A stretch of 64,000 nt of DNA. Source: Prorocentrum cordatum. Lineage: Eukaryota. The notes beneath the pieces are model-generated. The model saw nothing but the letters and a program-made list of their open reading frames with translations, made no database searches and was not told the origin of the DNA. Positions within the stretch are counted from its first letter, which is position 1. The number at the start of each line of letters is the position of its first letter. Shown here piece by piece: positions 39,201 through 50,750 of this stretch. The stretch is taken from the NCBI GenBank assembly GCA_963575745.1, contig CAUYUJ010000138.1, positions 1-64,000 on the forward strand. Reading direction: 5' to 3'. A program made the translations under genes and the position numbers.

Positions 39201-39543
39201 GTGTCTCGTTAAATTTGAAGATGCTGTCGTCAGACGGTTCCACCTCGAAGCAGACAGCGACGCCGACTTTGGCCCAGCTCCATCCTTGGCCGACCACACG
39301 CAGGAGTAGGGCATGCACGTCCAGGGGGTCCAGGCCCGTTTTGAAACGGTTGTGCTTGTGCGGGCGCAAATACTTGTTCTCGATTTTTTCCTTGCGTGCA
39401 AGGTTGTGGCTCAGCAAAATAGAAATCAACTCGTCGGCCTTGCTCCTCAACTGGTTGAATCCTCCATCATCACCATGTGATTTCAGCAGCTCCAGCACTC
39501 GATTCTCGACGTCGGCCATGGCCTTTGCAACGGATGACGCCAT
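36235..39543 (-). CDS. Transposon cargo gene 4, ~752 aa, possible ParB/Srx-like N-terminus and SET-like C-terminus
   Basis: Predicted exons 39543-39037, 38922-37828, 37291-37232 and 36831-36235 are joined in frame by GT-AG, GC-AG and GA-AG introns. Confidence 0.72.
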
Positions 39544-39589
39544 GGACGGTGCGAGCTCTGATGCGTCTACACGCAGACGCCACGACGCA

Positions 39590-39606
39590 CTCAGCCAAAA
39601 CGGCTA
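39590..39606 (-). other. Spliced-leader relic upstream of cargo gene 4
   Basis: TAGCCGTTTTGGCTGAG, 13/14 in the core, ~46 nt before the ATG at 39543. Confidence 0.7.
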
Positions 39607-39826
39607 GTTACATTGGGGGTTGTGGTTGGGGTTTCTGGGTGGTGGAATCTCCCCCCCCAAAATGGAATTCAACGGTTTCGTATATCAGACGATGGATTCT
39701 CTTCAGGAAATTCACAGTTTTCAATGTGAAATCCTTGGGTCTGGAACTTGAAACTCAGAATCTTGATCTAGAAAATCATTGATCTGGAACTTGATTTCGG
39801 AGGATCTGGAACTTGATTTCTGAGGT

Positions 39827-39910
39827 TGCTAACCTGTTTAGGGGGTGCGCGTAACCTGTTTAGCGAAACCCGTAAACAGTTTAGCTCGGGGGGGCTTAAC
39901 CAGGTTAGCT
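39827..39910. repeat. Right subterminal repeats of the transposon
   Basis: Same TAACCTGTTTAG and CCGTAAACAGTTTAGCT motifs as at 27820-27895. Confidence 0.85.
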
Positions 39911-40125
39911 GCACTTAGGCCGAATACGCTAAGTAGGTTTACGAGAGGCGGCACGATTAGCAAGTAGCTTGTGGAGCACCTAAATGGATAGCCCCTACTA
40001 CAACCAGGTTGAGTATGATATAACCATGGATCACTACATTATAAACGGTCTATAACATACGTTATAAAAGCTTCTAAGAACCTACAACCCGCCCTCCTAC
40101 TTAGTAAACAGGGCGGGCATTCAAG

Positions 40126-42444
40126 TGCGTGCCGTCGCAAGAATCCTCTGCAACAAATTGGACGAAGTGCGCGCGCGCGTCGTCGCGCGCGCATGCCGAA
40201 ATCCATCAAAAACCTTGAGTTTCGGAGGGGCTTCAAAATCGAGTGTCCAAGAAACATTCCCCAATCAGAGCTTGCCTCTGTAGGGCTCCTAGCGGATTTA
40301 AGGGTAGGTGAGGTGTGCCGCCGATTCGGTGGCCGGGCCAGGGTGCCCAGGTGCCCGGGTGCCCGGCCGGAAGCCCGGGTTCGCCGCCGATTCGGTGGCC
40401 GGGCCCGGGTGCCCGGGTGCCCGGGTGCCCGGGTTCGCCGCCGATCGGTGGCCGGGCCCGGGTGCCCGGATGCCCGGGTGCCCAGGTGCCCGGGTGACGG
40501 GTGCCCGGTGCCCGGGTGCCGGGTGCCGGGTGCCGGGTGCCGGGTGCCGGGTGCCGGGTGCCCGGGTGCCCAATGCCTGTAGCCCTATATAGCCTGATAG
40601 CCCTATATCCCTATCGCCCTATAGCCCTATAACCCATATGGCCATATAGCTATATAGCCCATATAGCGCCCAAGAGCCCATATAGCCCATATAGCCCTGT
40701 AGCCCTGCAGCCCTAAAAAGATTATGATTGGGTTTTTTCTCTGGTATCAAACAAAACACTGGTATTCGCAACACGGGTTTCAACAAAAGCGTGCGCGCGC
40801 GCTCTTGCGTCGTCGTCGTCGTCGTCGCCGCCGTCCTTCCTCCTCCGTCGTCGTCGTCGTCGTCGCAATCGTCGTCCTCTGTCTTTCCTCGTCGTCGTCG
40901 TCCTCTTTGGCGTAGTCGTCGTTGTCGCTGTGGTCGTCCTTCCTCCTCCCTCGTCGTCGTCGTCGTCCGTCCGTCGTCGGCGTCTCGTCGTCGTCCCTCC
41001 TATTTCGTCGCCGTCGTCGTCGTCATCTTACCTCCTCCCTCGTTGTTGTCGTCGTCGGCGTCGCCGGCCTCCCTCCTTCTTCGTCATTCGCGTCGTCGCC
41101 GTCCTCCCTCCTCCCTCGTCGTTGTCGGCGTTGTCGCCGTCGTCGTCCTCCCTTCTCCCTCGTCGTCGTCGTCTTCGTTGGCGACGTCGGCGTCGTCGTC
41201 TTCGTCGTCGTCGTCTTTGTCGTCGTCGGCGTCGTCGTCGGCGTCGTCATCGTCGTCGTCGGCGTCGTCGTCGCGGTCGGTGTCGTCGTCGTCGTCGTCG
41301 TCGTCATCGTCGTCGTCGATGTCGTCAGCGTCGGCGTCGGTGTCGTCGTAGTCGTCGGCGTCGTCGTCGTCGCTGTCGCTGTCGTCGTCGTCGGTGTCGC
41401 TGCCAAGTAGAATTTGGTACCTACCGTCACGGTCTTACGAGGTCTTGCGACCAAGTTGCGGGTGGGAGGGTGGGACGTTCGCGCCAGCAGTGGGAAGGAC
41501 AGCTCCCAGACAGTCAAAGTGAATTGCACCACGTTGATTTTCTTTTCTAAAAAGAAAATAGACTCTACCCCCCCCCGGCGTTATCCGCCCTCCTTTCGGG
41601 TATGTAAATCATATATGATTATGACCACATGTCCATCCTAAATGTGAATTTACACTATCCCAGGGGAACCGGGATCGGTCCCCCTGAGGTTCCCTGGTAA
41701 AAATAGATACGCGGGGACATCTTGTGTGCTAGCATAACATTTGTTTCGCGAATCCCTTGCAAAAAATGAGACGAAGTGCACACGCGCGCGTCGTCGCGCG
41801 CGCATGCCGAAATCCTGCGAAAACCTTCGGTGTCGGAAGGATTTCGCAATCGAGTTTCCAAAAAGCATACACAACACATGGTTTCGCAACACTGATTTGC
41901 TAAAAAAGCTTACGCGCGAGCTCTTGCGAAATCTTTCGACAAAAACCACAGGTTTTTCAAGATTTCATGAAATTCTACCACACGGGCTTCGCGCGCGCGC
42001 ATGTCGAAATCTGTCAAACGCCCTTGCGCGCGCGCCGTCGCGAGAATCCTCTGCAAACAATCTGACGAAGTGCGCGCGCACGTCGTCGCGCGCGCATGCC
42101 GAAATCCATCAAAAAGCATGGGTTTCGGAAGGATTTCAAAATCGTGTGTCCAAAAAACCTACAAAAACATAAGGTTTCGCAACACTGATGTTCAACAAAA
42201 GCGTGCGCGCGCGCTCTTGCGTCGTCGTCGTCGTCGTCTACGTCGCCGTCCTCCCTCCTCCCGCGTCGTCGTCGTCGCCTACGTCGTCCTCTGTCTTTCC
42301 TCGTGTTCGTCGTCGTCGTCCTCTTTGGCGTCGAAGTCGTTCTGTTGTCGTAATCGCCGTGGTCATCCTTCCTCCTCCTCCCTCGTCGTCGTCGTCGTCG
42401 TCCGTCGTCGGCGTCTTGTCGTCGTCCCTCCTATTTCGTCGCCG

Positions 42445-42476
<32 letters not shown>

Positions 42477-43460
42477 GTCGTCGTCTTCCCTCCTCCCTCG
42501 TCGTTGTTGACGTCTGCGTCGCCGTCCTTCCTCCTTCTTCGTCGTTCGCGTCGTCGCAGTCCTCTCTCCTCCCTCGTCGTTGTCGTCGTTGTCGTCGTTG
42601 TCGCCGACGTCGTCCGCCCTCCTCCCTCGTCGTCGTCCTCGTTGGCGACGTCGTCGTAGTCTTCGTCGTCGTTGCCGGCGTCAGCGTCGTCGTCGTCGTC
42701 GTCGTCGACGTCGGCGTCGTCGTCGTCGCCGCCGTCGTCGTCGTCGTCGTCGTCGTCGGCGTCGTTGACGTCGTCGTCGTCGTCGTCGACGGTGTCGTCG
42801 TTGTCGTCGTCGTCGGCGTCGTCATCGTCGTCGTCGTTGTCATCGTCGTCGTCGTCGTCGTCGGCGTCGGCGGCGTCGTCGTCGTCGGTGTCGTTGTCGT
42901 CGTCGTCGTCATTGTCGGCGTCGTCGAAGTCGTTGGAGACGCCGTCGGTGTCGTCGTAGTCGTTGTCGGCGGCGTCGTCGTCGTCGTTGTCGCTGTCGTC
43001 GTCGGCGTCGCTGTCGTTGCCAAGTGCCATTTGATACCCACCGTCACGGTCTTAAGAGATTTTGCAAACCAAGTTGCGGGTGAGTGGGTGGGATGTTTGC
43101 GCGAGCAGTGGAGTGGACAACTCACTGTGAACAGAGATTAATTGCACCACATAGGTTGCACCGCATGTATTGCACAACACCGATTGCCCAATATAGATTG
43201 CACAACCTTGATTGCACCAACTAGAGTGCACCACATGTCTTGCTCCACGTAGGTTGCCCACCATAGAACATAGATTACATAATGCATTTTGCATAACAAT
43301 GAGTGCACCACTCAGGTTGCACACCGTAGATGGCACCACATATATTATACCACATATGCTGGCCCCCATGGCATGCACAACATATATTGTACAACAGATA
43401 CTGAACCACATAAATTACACCACGTTGATTGCGAAACGTGTGTTGCACAACATATATTGC
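40126..43460 (+). repeat. Host repeat array, right part, with (GTC)n expansions
   Basis: GTCGTCGCGCGCGCATGCCGAAATCC units at ~40179, ~41789 and ~42082. Degenerate (GTC)n at 40808-41400 and 42220-43020. Confidence 0.85.
40260..40732. mobile_element. ~470-bp minisatellite-filled insertion
   Basis: Interrupts a host repeat unit. Ends are CCCAATCA...TGATTGGG. The interior has (GGGTGCC[C])n and (ATAGCCC[T])n arrays. Confidence 0.5.
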
Positions 43461-44659
43461 TAGCAACATACTGTTTGGGGTCCTCGCTGGCTGTTATGTC
43501 TTTGTGTTCCCAGCGATCTTCCAAGGCTTCTGGAAATTTCCGGAGGTTTGATATTACTGAGGAGGAGAAGAATGAGGAGGAGGAACCGTCGCCGACTCGG
43601 ACGGATGCCAGGACAGTTGGAGAGGTGACTGGCACGCCTTCTCGTGGTACTTCACCGCGGAGTCGCGAATTGTAACCGAGATGAACGACATCTTGAGCGC
43701 CACGAAGTGGGAGTAGATCATGCCCTGGCATGGTACCAATGCTATTACAGTGGGGGCGTTGACCTAAGGAACGCTAAATAAGGAACGATGCCCCTTTTCA
43801 GTGAAAGTTCGATTCCCCGTAGAAAACCTAGGGAAGACCTAAGGCAAGCTGTCAAACAATCAAGGAACACGGAGCCCCTCCCCAACGAAAAGGGTTCCTT
43901 CTTCAGGGCCCCGGCTGTATGGGAGGGCGGCGTCTAAATGCCCAAACCGATGCTGGCCATCATGGACGTAGGATCGGTCTCGCTAGGACCGGTGCGAGTG
44001 CACTGCATGCCCTGATGGTGCGGCACCGGCGTCTACGTATGTCACCTCACGTTGCGCTGTCGAGCCACGCGAGGCGCATCTATCTTCGCACTGTCGCGTC
44101 GCCCCCCTGAGAAGAACGGGTCGCGTGCCCAGTTATCAAAGACGCGATTATATACCCGCCCCTGCAGCGGGCAAAGGTCTGCGCAATGCGGAGCGGAACA
44201 AGCGTGTCACTCCGATGGAATAAACCCAACGATTCATCAAACACCTGGGACGAAGGGGAATCAGGACGAAGAGAATGAGGCTGATAAAGAAGATTACGTT
44301 GGGAAGAGAACGGTAGACCAGGGAGAAGTGGGCGAGGAATGGGGAGAGGAGGAGGGATGAAGGAGGGAGGGAGAGGTAGCGAGTGAAAAAAGGAGAGAGA
44401 AGGGAAAAGGGAGAAGGGAGAAGGGAGACCAGGAGAAGAAGAGCGGAGAAAGGGCGGGGGAGAAAGAGGACGGGAGGAGGAGAAGTAAGGAGGATAAGAG
44501 GGAGGAGCAGGGAGCGAGGGAGAGAACGAGGGGAACACATAAACTAAATCCTGGCGAGAGGCCCGATCACATGCAGCTGTGAGTACGGCAAGGCAGATGC
44601 TAGTAAGAGCAGGAAGCCAACTGGCTAGAAAGTGGATGCAGCAGACGAGAACAAACAAC

Positions 44660-44935
44660 GTCAGGGCAACGCCATGCGATCTTTGCCAGTACGGCCTTAG
44701 GTGGAGTTCGCTATGGAACCACGAAGCGCGTGAGGGGTGTGCCGAAATGGGAGGGGCGTCGCCATTCGAACTTTGCCAGCACGGGCTTCTGTGGAACTCC
44801 ATTTTTGGCCACGACCTCTGCAGCGGGTGTGCCGAGATGGGCTGGGCAACGCAATGCGATCTTTGCCACTGCGACCTTTGGCGGCGCTCCCTTTTGTGGG
44901 GAAACGGGAGACACGAGGGGTGTGCTGAAGCGGAG
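44660..44935 (+). repeat. Three diverged ~90-bp tandem units
   Basis: GCGATCTTTGCCA-like and GGGTGTGC(C/T)GA anchors recur about every 90 bp. Confidence 0.7.
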
Positions 44936-46199
44936 CCCTCCTCCTCCTCCTCTTCCTCCTCGTCCTCCTCCCTCCATCCCTCCCTCCTCTCGTCGGCCTC
45001 GTCGAAGCTCCCGCCGTCCTCGCCGACAGCACTCGTCGGAGCCGCCGCCCGCCGCCGCCCAGCGCTGAAATTAAGGAACGCTAAATAAGGAACGAAGCCC
45101 CTCTGCGGTTTCAAAAAAGCCTCGGTGCACGAGAAGGGCTAGAGGAACCACGGCGGAAGGACGTAAGGAACATCGAGCCCATTCCGAATCCAAACTGTGC
45201 CTTCTTTCAGCGCCTTGGCTGCACGGAAGGCAGAGGCACGAGCGGCGGTTGCACAGAGCAGACGCAGGAGGCCACGGAGACGGCGGAACGAACGGGGACA
45301 CGGGGCGCTGCGGATTCGAAACGAGGGCCCAACTCAACAGGGGACGGTTGGGGGAAATTGAGCAGCAACAAGAACAGCCTGGTTTGCGCGAGGGCTCGCC
45401 AGAGTTACGGCGGAGGTGCAGGGTACGGCACTCGCCCAACAATGGACACGCAATGTCGCAGGGGCATAGATCCGCCGCGCCCCCTCGGAGGGGGGCAGAG
45501 GCGGACGACGAGAAGGAAGGCAGAAGGGGCAATAAGGGGAGGAGGCATGTTAAGGAGGAGGGAAGAGGGAGGAGAGAAAATAGAGGAGGAGGACAAGAGG
45601 CAGAAGGGTGAGGAGGACGGAGGGGGAGGCGGCGGTGGAATGGGAACGAGGGGAGGAGGAGGAGACATAATAGGGAGGAGCAGCAGGAGGAGGAGGAGGA
45701 GGAGGAGGAGGTAGGAACACGGATTGGGAAGGGGCGGGAGAAGAGAAACTGCCTCGGGGGGGAGGATGGGATCATGCGAAGGACCCACCATCGGCGCACC
45801 GGGAGGAGAAGAGGAGGATGAGAGGGCACCGAAGAGGTATGGGGGAGGAGAAGGCACCGGGAGGAGAGGAGGAGGAGAGGGAGGCAGGAGAAGGAATCAC
45901 CAGAGCAGCACGAGACATGAGAGGAGAGAGAAAGGGGGCAGGAGGAGGGGGACTAGAATTGATGACAAATGCATCGGTGGTGCTGCAGCGAATTTTCACG
46001 TCTCGAGCCCCCTCCTGAGCCACCCATACTTCCGTTTCCAGTTCGGAAGATGCCGCCTTCAAGATTGAGTGCCCCATTGGCCTGCAATTCAGGCGAGGGC
46101 CCCGCGTTGGAAGGGACCCCAGCCTCCATCCTCCGAGCCAGAGAACGCGAACAGGCAGGACGACACAATTCAAGGACGTGCTTAACGAGAGCCCACCTT

Positions 46200-47490
46200 T
46201 GAAAAGGAACCGATCTGCGCCTGTGTGGTACGCGTTTGCGCTGCTAGCTGTGGTTCGCGGGAAACTCAAGGAAGAAGCCCCTCTTGAAAATCACTCGCCC
46301 CTCTTCAAACTGTCGTCCTTCAGTAATTGGAAGTCCTGGGCAAGAGGCCCGGTGAACACAAATAGCCGCCTTCCATCCATGTCGCTGTCGAGGGATTGCA
46401 AAACGAAAGCGCGAAACGCTGAAATCATCATCACATTTCGAAAACTGATTGCCCCACGTAGCTGCTGAGAACTTGTAGGGCGAATGTGCGCGGCGATGGG
46501 GCGAGATCCACACTTTGAAGACCGCCCGACCCTCCAACCGCCTTGTCTTCTAACTTTGAAAGCGGAGTGTACGCGGCGCTCAAGCGAGAACCAGCTTTTG
46601 AAACAGGTTTGCACTCCACAATCTGTGTAGCTGCTGGAGTTAGAACGCTTCAGGATCGCAGGCCTCAAAGATGTTTCAAGCGAACCACCTGCCTGGCCCG
46701 CCAGGAGGCTCCTGTGGTGCGATAGCCAGGGGCGCCATTGCTCTGGATGTGCACGTCGAACAAAAGTGGCATGGCCCTAGTTGCGAACGCAGCGTCTTAT
46801 CGTGGGCACTGTTCACTTTCCTGGGCTGCTTTGCGGGACCCAGGTCCAAACGGTGGTTCAACAACATGTCAGTGGCGGGTTCCAGGTCTCATCCCTGGCG
46901 CAGGCTGCACTGAGAAAACAAGACACCACATAATGCTAGATTCCAGCGGTATATCGCAGCATCCTAACACGAAGGGCCGCTCAACCGCCTCCGCCACGTA
47001 GTTTACCCAAGAAGCGCCAAGGGTGCCTAACACCTTTGCCACCACAATGTCATTGAGCATCTTCACCTCCATGTCAAGAGGCATCGAAATGTGGCCCTAC
47101 AACTGCCTAACTGCCTCAGATTTCTGAAACCGCCCAAGCCCATGCCGATCCGTCTCGATATTTCGCCGCTTGCTCGCCCATCGTTGCTGATTGTGGTCTC
47201 CATCTAGGCCAGCATGTCTTCAGCGTCGATAGCCTATAGCCTCTCCTGCTGGAGTGCGAACCTGCCCTTGGTAGCAGGCCATCAGTATTTGTCGTTTGCC
47301 CAAGTCACATTTCAGGCCCACGCTTACGCAAATTCGCACACTGCCTCTACGTAGCCACAGTGACGAACATGAAACTGCCTGGCCATCAGAAGAGTACCAC
47401 CTGCATAAACCAGCTGACTGGGTTGCCCTGGCCGCGCCGGTTGCAATATGGAGTTCTCCTCCCTCATCACAGCGACCATGATCATGATGG
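46200..47490 (-). pseudogene. Decayed coding-like region, unknown product
   Basis: High-complexity sequence with protein-like pieces broken by stops (MPLDMEVKMLNDIVVAKVLG; LQSLDSDMDGRRLFVFTG). No family recognised. Confidence 0.25.
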
Positions 47491-49084
47491 ACACAATTGC
47501 GCAAGGGAAGACAGTTCGAGCAATGGCGACGCGACGGGGAGAAGGAGGAAAAGGAGAAGAAGGAAGAGGATAAGGGACGAGGGGAATAGGGAGAGAGAGA
47601 AAGAGAGAGAGAGAGGGAGAGAGAGAGAGAGAGACAGAGAGCGAAAGCGAGAGACACACACACACATACAGAGAGACAGAGAAGGGGGGGGGCATCCCAC
47701 GTCTAACACGGCTGGCTTCACGCGCGACACTTGCGGAAGCCACTTGCTGGATCCCTGCGGCCCCTGCGCACGAGGGCCCAGCCCTGGAAGACTCGGGGCC
47801 CCTCGTGGCGAGTTCCGCAAACCCTGAGCCCACAAATGCCCTCATCTCTTGGGGGGTCGGTGGTCTGTTGCTTCCGCCGGCTTCCGCTGGCCTTCCGCCA
47901 AACAGTGCCGCCCCTGTTTTACCTCCGCCCCGCCGCCTTCAGCCGATCTCCCTTTGCGCGCACTGTTCCCTCTTGTCTCCGGCAGCTACGTGGTGGGTCT
48001 CATGGCGCTCCAACTGCGTGGAAGTTGCGTGGTGGGAGAAACTCCTTCGAGACGGTCGTCTCGGCGCGAAGAGATGGCCTTTCGCCGCCGCCGCCGAGGA
48101 GAAGACGGCAGCTTGTCCCACCCGCGCAGGCAGGGCCCCCACCCTGGAACCCTGGCGTGCGCGCCCGCAAGCCCGCGGCGGCGGCCCCGTCCTTCAATAG
48201 TTGCGTTTCTTGCGCAGGCTGCCGAGCGCTCCAGGCGCTCGCAGCGTCAGGGCCCGCGGCCGCACGCGTGCCGCGGAGGGGAAGGCGCACAGGCCCGCGG
48301 CGAAGCACCCCACCGATGGGGTCGAGAGCGCCAGCGCCGCGGACGAAAGGCCAGGCGCCTGTGGGGCGGGCCACAATGGCTCCGAAATGAGAGGCACCCA
48401 CCCCACAGGCGACTCCGTCCTCCTCCTCCTCCTCCTCCTCCTCCTCCTCCTCCTCCTCCTCCTCCTCCTCCTCCTCCTCCTCCTCCTCCCCCTCGCCCAA
48501 CGCCACGCGCATTCCGGCCGCCCACGCTGCGTGCACGTGGCCCCCCGTGGGGGACACCCCTCGCTCCAGGACCCCCGACGTCATGATCTGTCAGGGCCTG
48601 GGCCAGCAGAAGGCGACGCCAGGACGAAGAAAAAGTTCGGACGAGGATCCCTCTTCGGGCGAGGAACCATCCAGAATCTCTGAGATCTCTTGGCTCCTGA
48701 GGATGTCTCGGGCGCCGCGACCTCTTCAGAGCGTTCCGGGAGCGTTCCGGAGCGCTCTGGAGTGGACGTCTCTGCGTCCTAGCCCCGTCCGAAGACCCCC
48801 GACGTCATGATGCTTTCATGACGTGGGGCCGCAGGATTGAGCAAGGACCGACCGTCCCCGCATTCCTAGAGGCCTACCGCGAAATTCTTAGAACCCCCAA
48901 ACGTTCAAATAACAAAAACAGTGTTCTTAGAACCTGAACCCGATGTGTTAAAACAAGACAGCCCCAGCCAGGAATGTTCTGAGAACGTTCCTTGCGGACC
49001 ACAAAAGGTTCTTAGAACATTCCTCGGTTGGGCCTGCAGGCACGCCTTGACCCTTCGCCACTGCTCGACATCGGCTGCACGAAA

Positions 49085-49260
49085 GAGTGACCCTGGGCAA
49101 GAGTGACCTTTGGTGCGCGGCTTTTTGGGGGGCGCGAGGAGGCCAAACACAAGCGCGCAAGACGCTACTATCGCACCGAGCACGGCGATCGGGGGACCCC
49201 AGTGAGCGCGCACCAAAGGTCACTCCGGCGAAGGGTCACTCTTACGTGTAGTCGATCGAC
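49085..49260 (+). repeat. Dispersed hairpin repeat, copy 2
   Basis: Matches 17330-17470, including GAGTGACCTTTGGTGCGC...GCGCACCAAAGGTCACTC. Confidence 0.75.
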
Positions 49261-50048
49261 AGGAGGCCTCGACGCATTCCCTCGGGACCGGCCTCTCGTC
49301 CCGAGCCCCGGCTTCGCGACGGCCCCGCGGCACGGGGAGGAGGGGCCCCCAGAAGCCGACCGCATGGCGAAAAGCCTCCCGCCGTGAGGTCTGTGCATGC
49401 CTCCAGCCCTGCACGCCTCTAGGAGAGGGAAGAGGAGGAGGGGGAGGAGGAGGAGGAGGAGGAGGAGGAGGAGGAGGAGGAGAGGGAGGAGGAGGAGGAG
49501 GAGGAGGAGGAGGAGGAGGAGAGGAAGGAGGAGGAGGAGGAGGAGGAGGAGGAGGAGGAGTTTTGTGCAATGCCTCGATGGGGGACCGGGCTCGCGCGGG
49601 ACCTCGGGCGCCGGGAGGCTTGGCAGCCACGACGACTCCGCCTGCCAGGCGGGCGGCTCCTCGGACGTCGCTCCGGGGACGGGGGGGGGGGGGGCGACAC
49701 GTGAGATGGGGGAAGGAACCCAGACCCCCGACGTCACGTATTTGTCAGAACTCAAATAAATACACGCAAATAAATACACGCACGCACGCACGCACAAATA
49801 ACACAATTCCAATATGTTTCCCATATGTTCGGGGTTCTTGTCTTCCTCCCCGCTTCCCATATTTTGCCATATTGCCTCGGGAATCGACGATTCATTGTGT
49901 CTGTTTCTTGTCCCTCCTGAAGAACGTCGACCCCCAGAGGTCTGCACCCCTTCCCCTGGACCAGTTTTCCATTCTGAATCCCTGTTTGATGGCCCCGAGG
50001 GCAGGTGAGGGCAACGTAAGATCAGGGCAGCTATCAGGGCAGCTAAGG

Positions 50049-50207
50049 TCAGGTCTGGCATGTCCTCCTACAGGCGGATGCTGAAAGAAACATAGAGAAT
50101 TGTCAAACAATTATTGAAGCAATCGTCAAGAAGAGCACGGCACATCGTCCCCAGACTATGTTTGTACTCTGGATCGTTCCTCCTGTGGAGGGACACGTCC
50201 GACTTAA
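50049..50207. mobile_element. MITE-like element, copy 2
   Basis: GGCATGTCCTCC.ACAGGC.GATG and TCCTCCTGTGGAGGGAC..GTCCGAC are shared with 690-849. Confidence 0.55.
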
Positions 50208-50527
50208 AGCTAAGGCCATTGGGAGCGGGCCGCGGCCCCCACGAGGACTCCCCCTCGGAGCTTGGCTAGGGGAGCGAACCAGGACATACACATGAAAAAA
50301 CTCGGAGGTCCGCGCGGGTTTCTCGGCTCGGCGCTGGACCCCCCTCGCTGGCGCGCGGAGCGCGCCAGGGGCGGCGCGGACCTCTGAGTTGCTTCACGTT
50401 CATGCCAGCGTTCGATCACCACGAAAGCCCCCCCCCTCGGAGCTCTTGCCGTCGCTCGGACGTCCACTCCCCCTGCAGTCTTCGCCTTCGTGCGTTTTTT
50501 TGCTGCCCGATGATCCAAGATTGGGCG

Positions 50528-50750
50528 CCCGAGTTATCCGGGGTAACTCGGGTCCGGGGTAACTCGGGTTTGGATTCCCGAAAAAGGAACCCGAGTTATC
50601 CCTGACCCGAGTTACCCCTGATGATTCGGGGCTCTGGACGCCCGAGTTATCCAGGGTAACTCGGGTCTGGGGTAACTCGGGCTCGGATTCCCGAGAAACG
50701 AACCCGAGTTATCCCTGACCCGAGTTACCCCTGATGATTCGGGGCTCTGA
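50528..50750. repeat. Tandem duplicated palindromic unit (~113 bp x2)
   Basis: CCCGAGTTA and TAACTCGGG half-sites repeated in both orientations. Confidence 0.85.

Larger units (their letters stand above)
27715..40125 (-). mobile_element. 12.4-kb CMC/CACTA-like DNA transposon with four genes
   Basis: Left end CTTGAATGACCG versus right end (reverse complement) CTTGAATGCCCG, 11/12 identical, with similarity extending ~40 bp. TG is duplicated at 27713-27714 and 40126-40127. The flanks rejoin to match the empty paralogous site at 42021-42040. A DDE transposase lies inside. Confidence 0.9.

Noticed and set aside
40728..43141. Poly-V/S/R/T/D ORFs
   Set aside because: They are translations of (GTC)n arrays.
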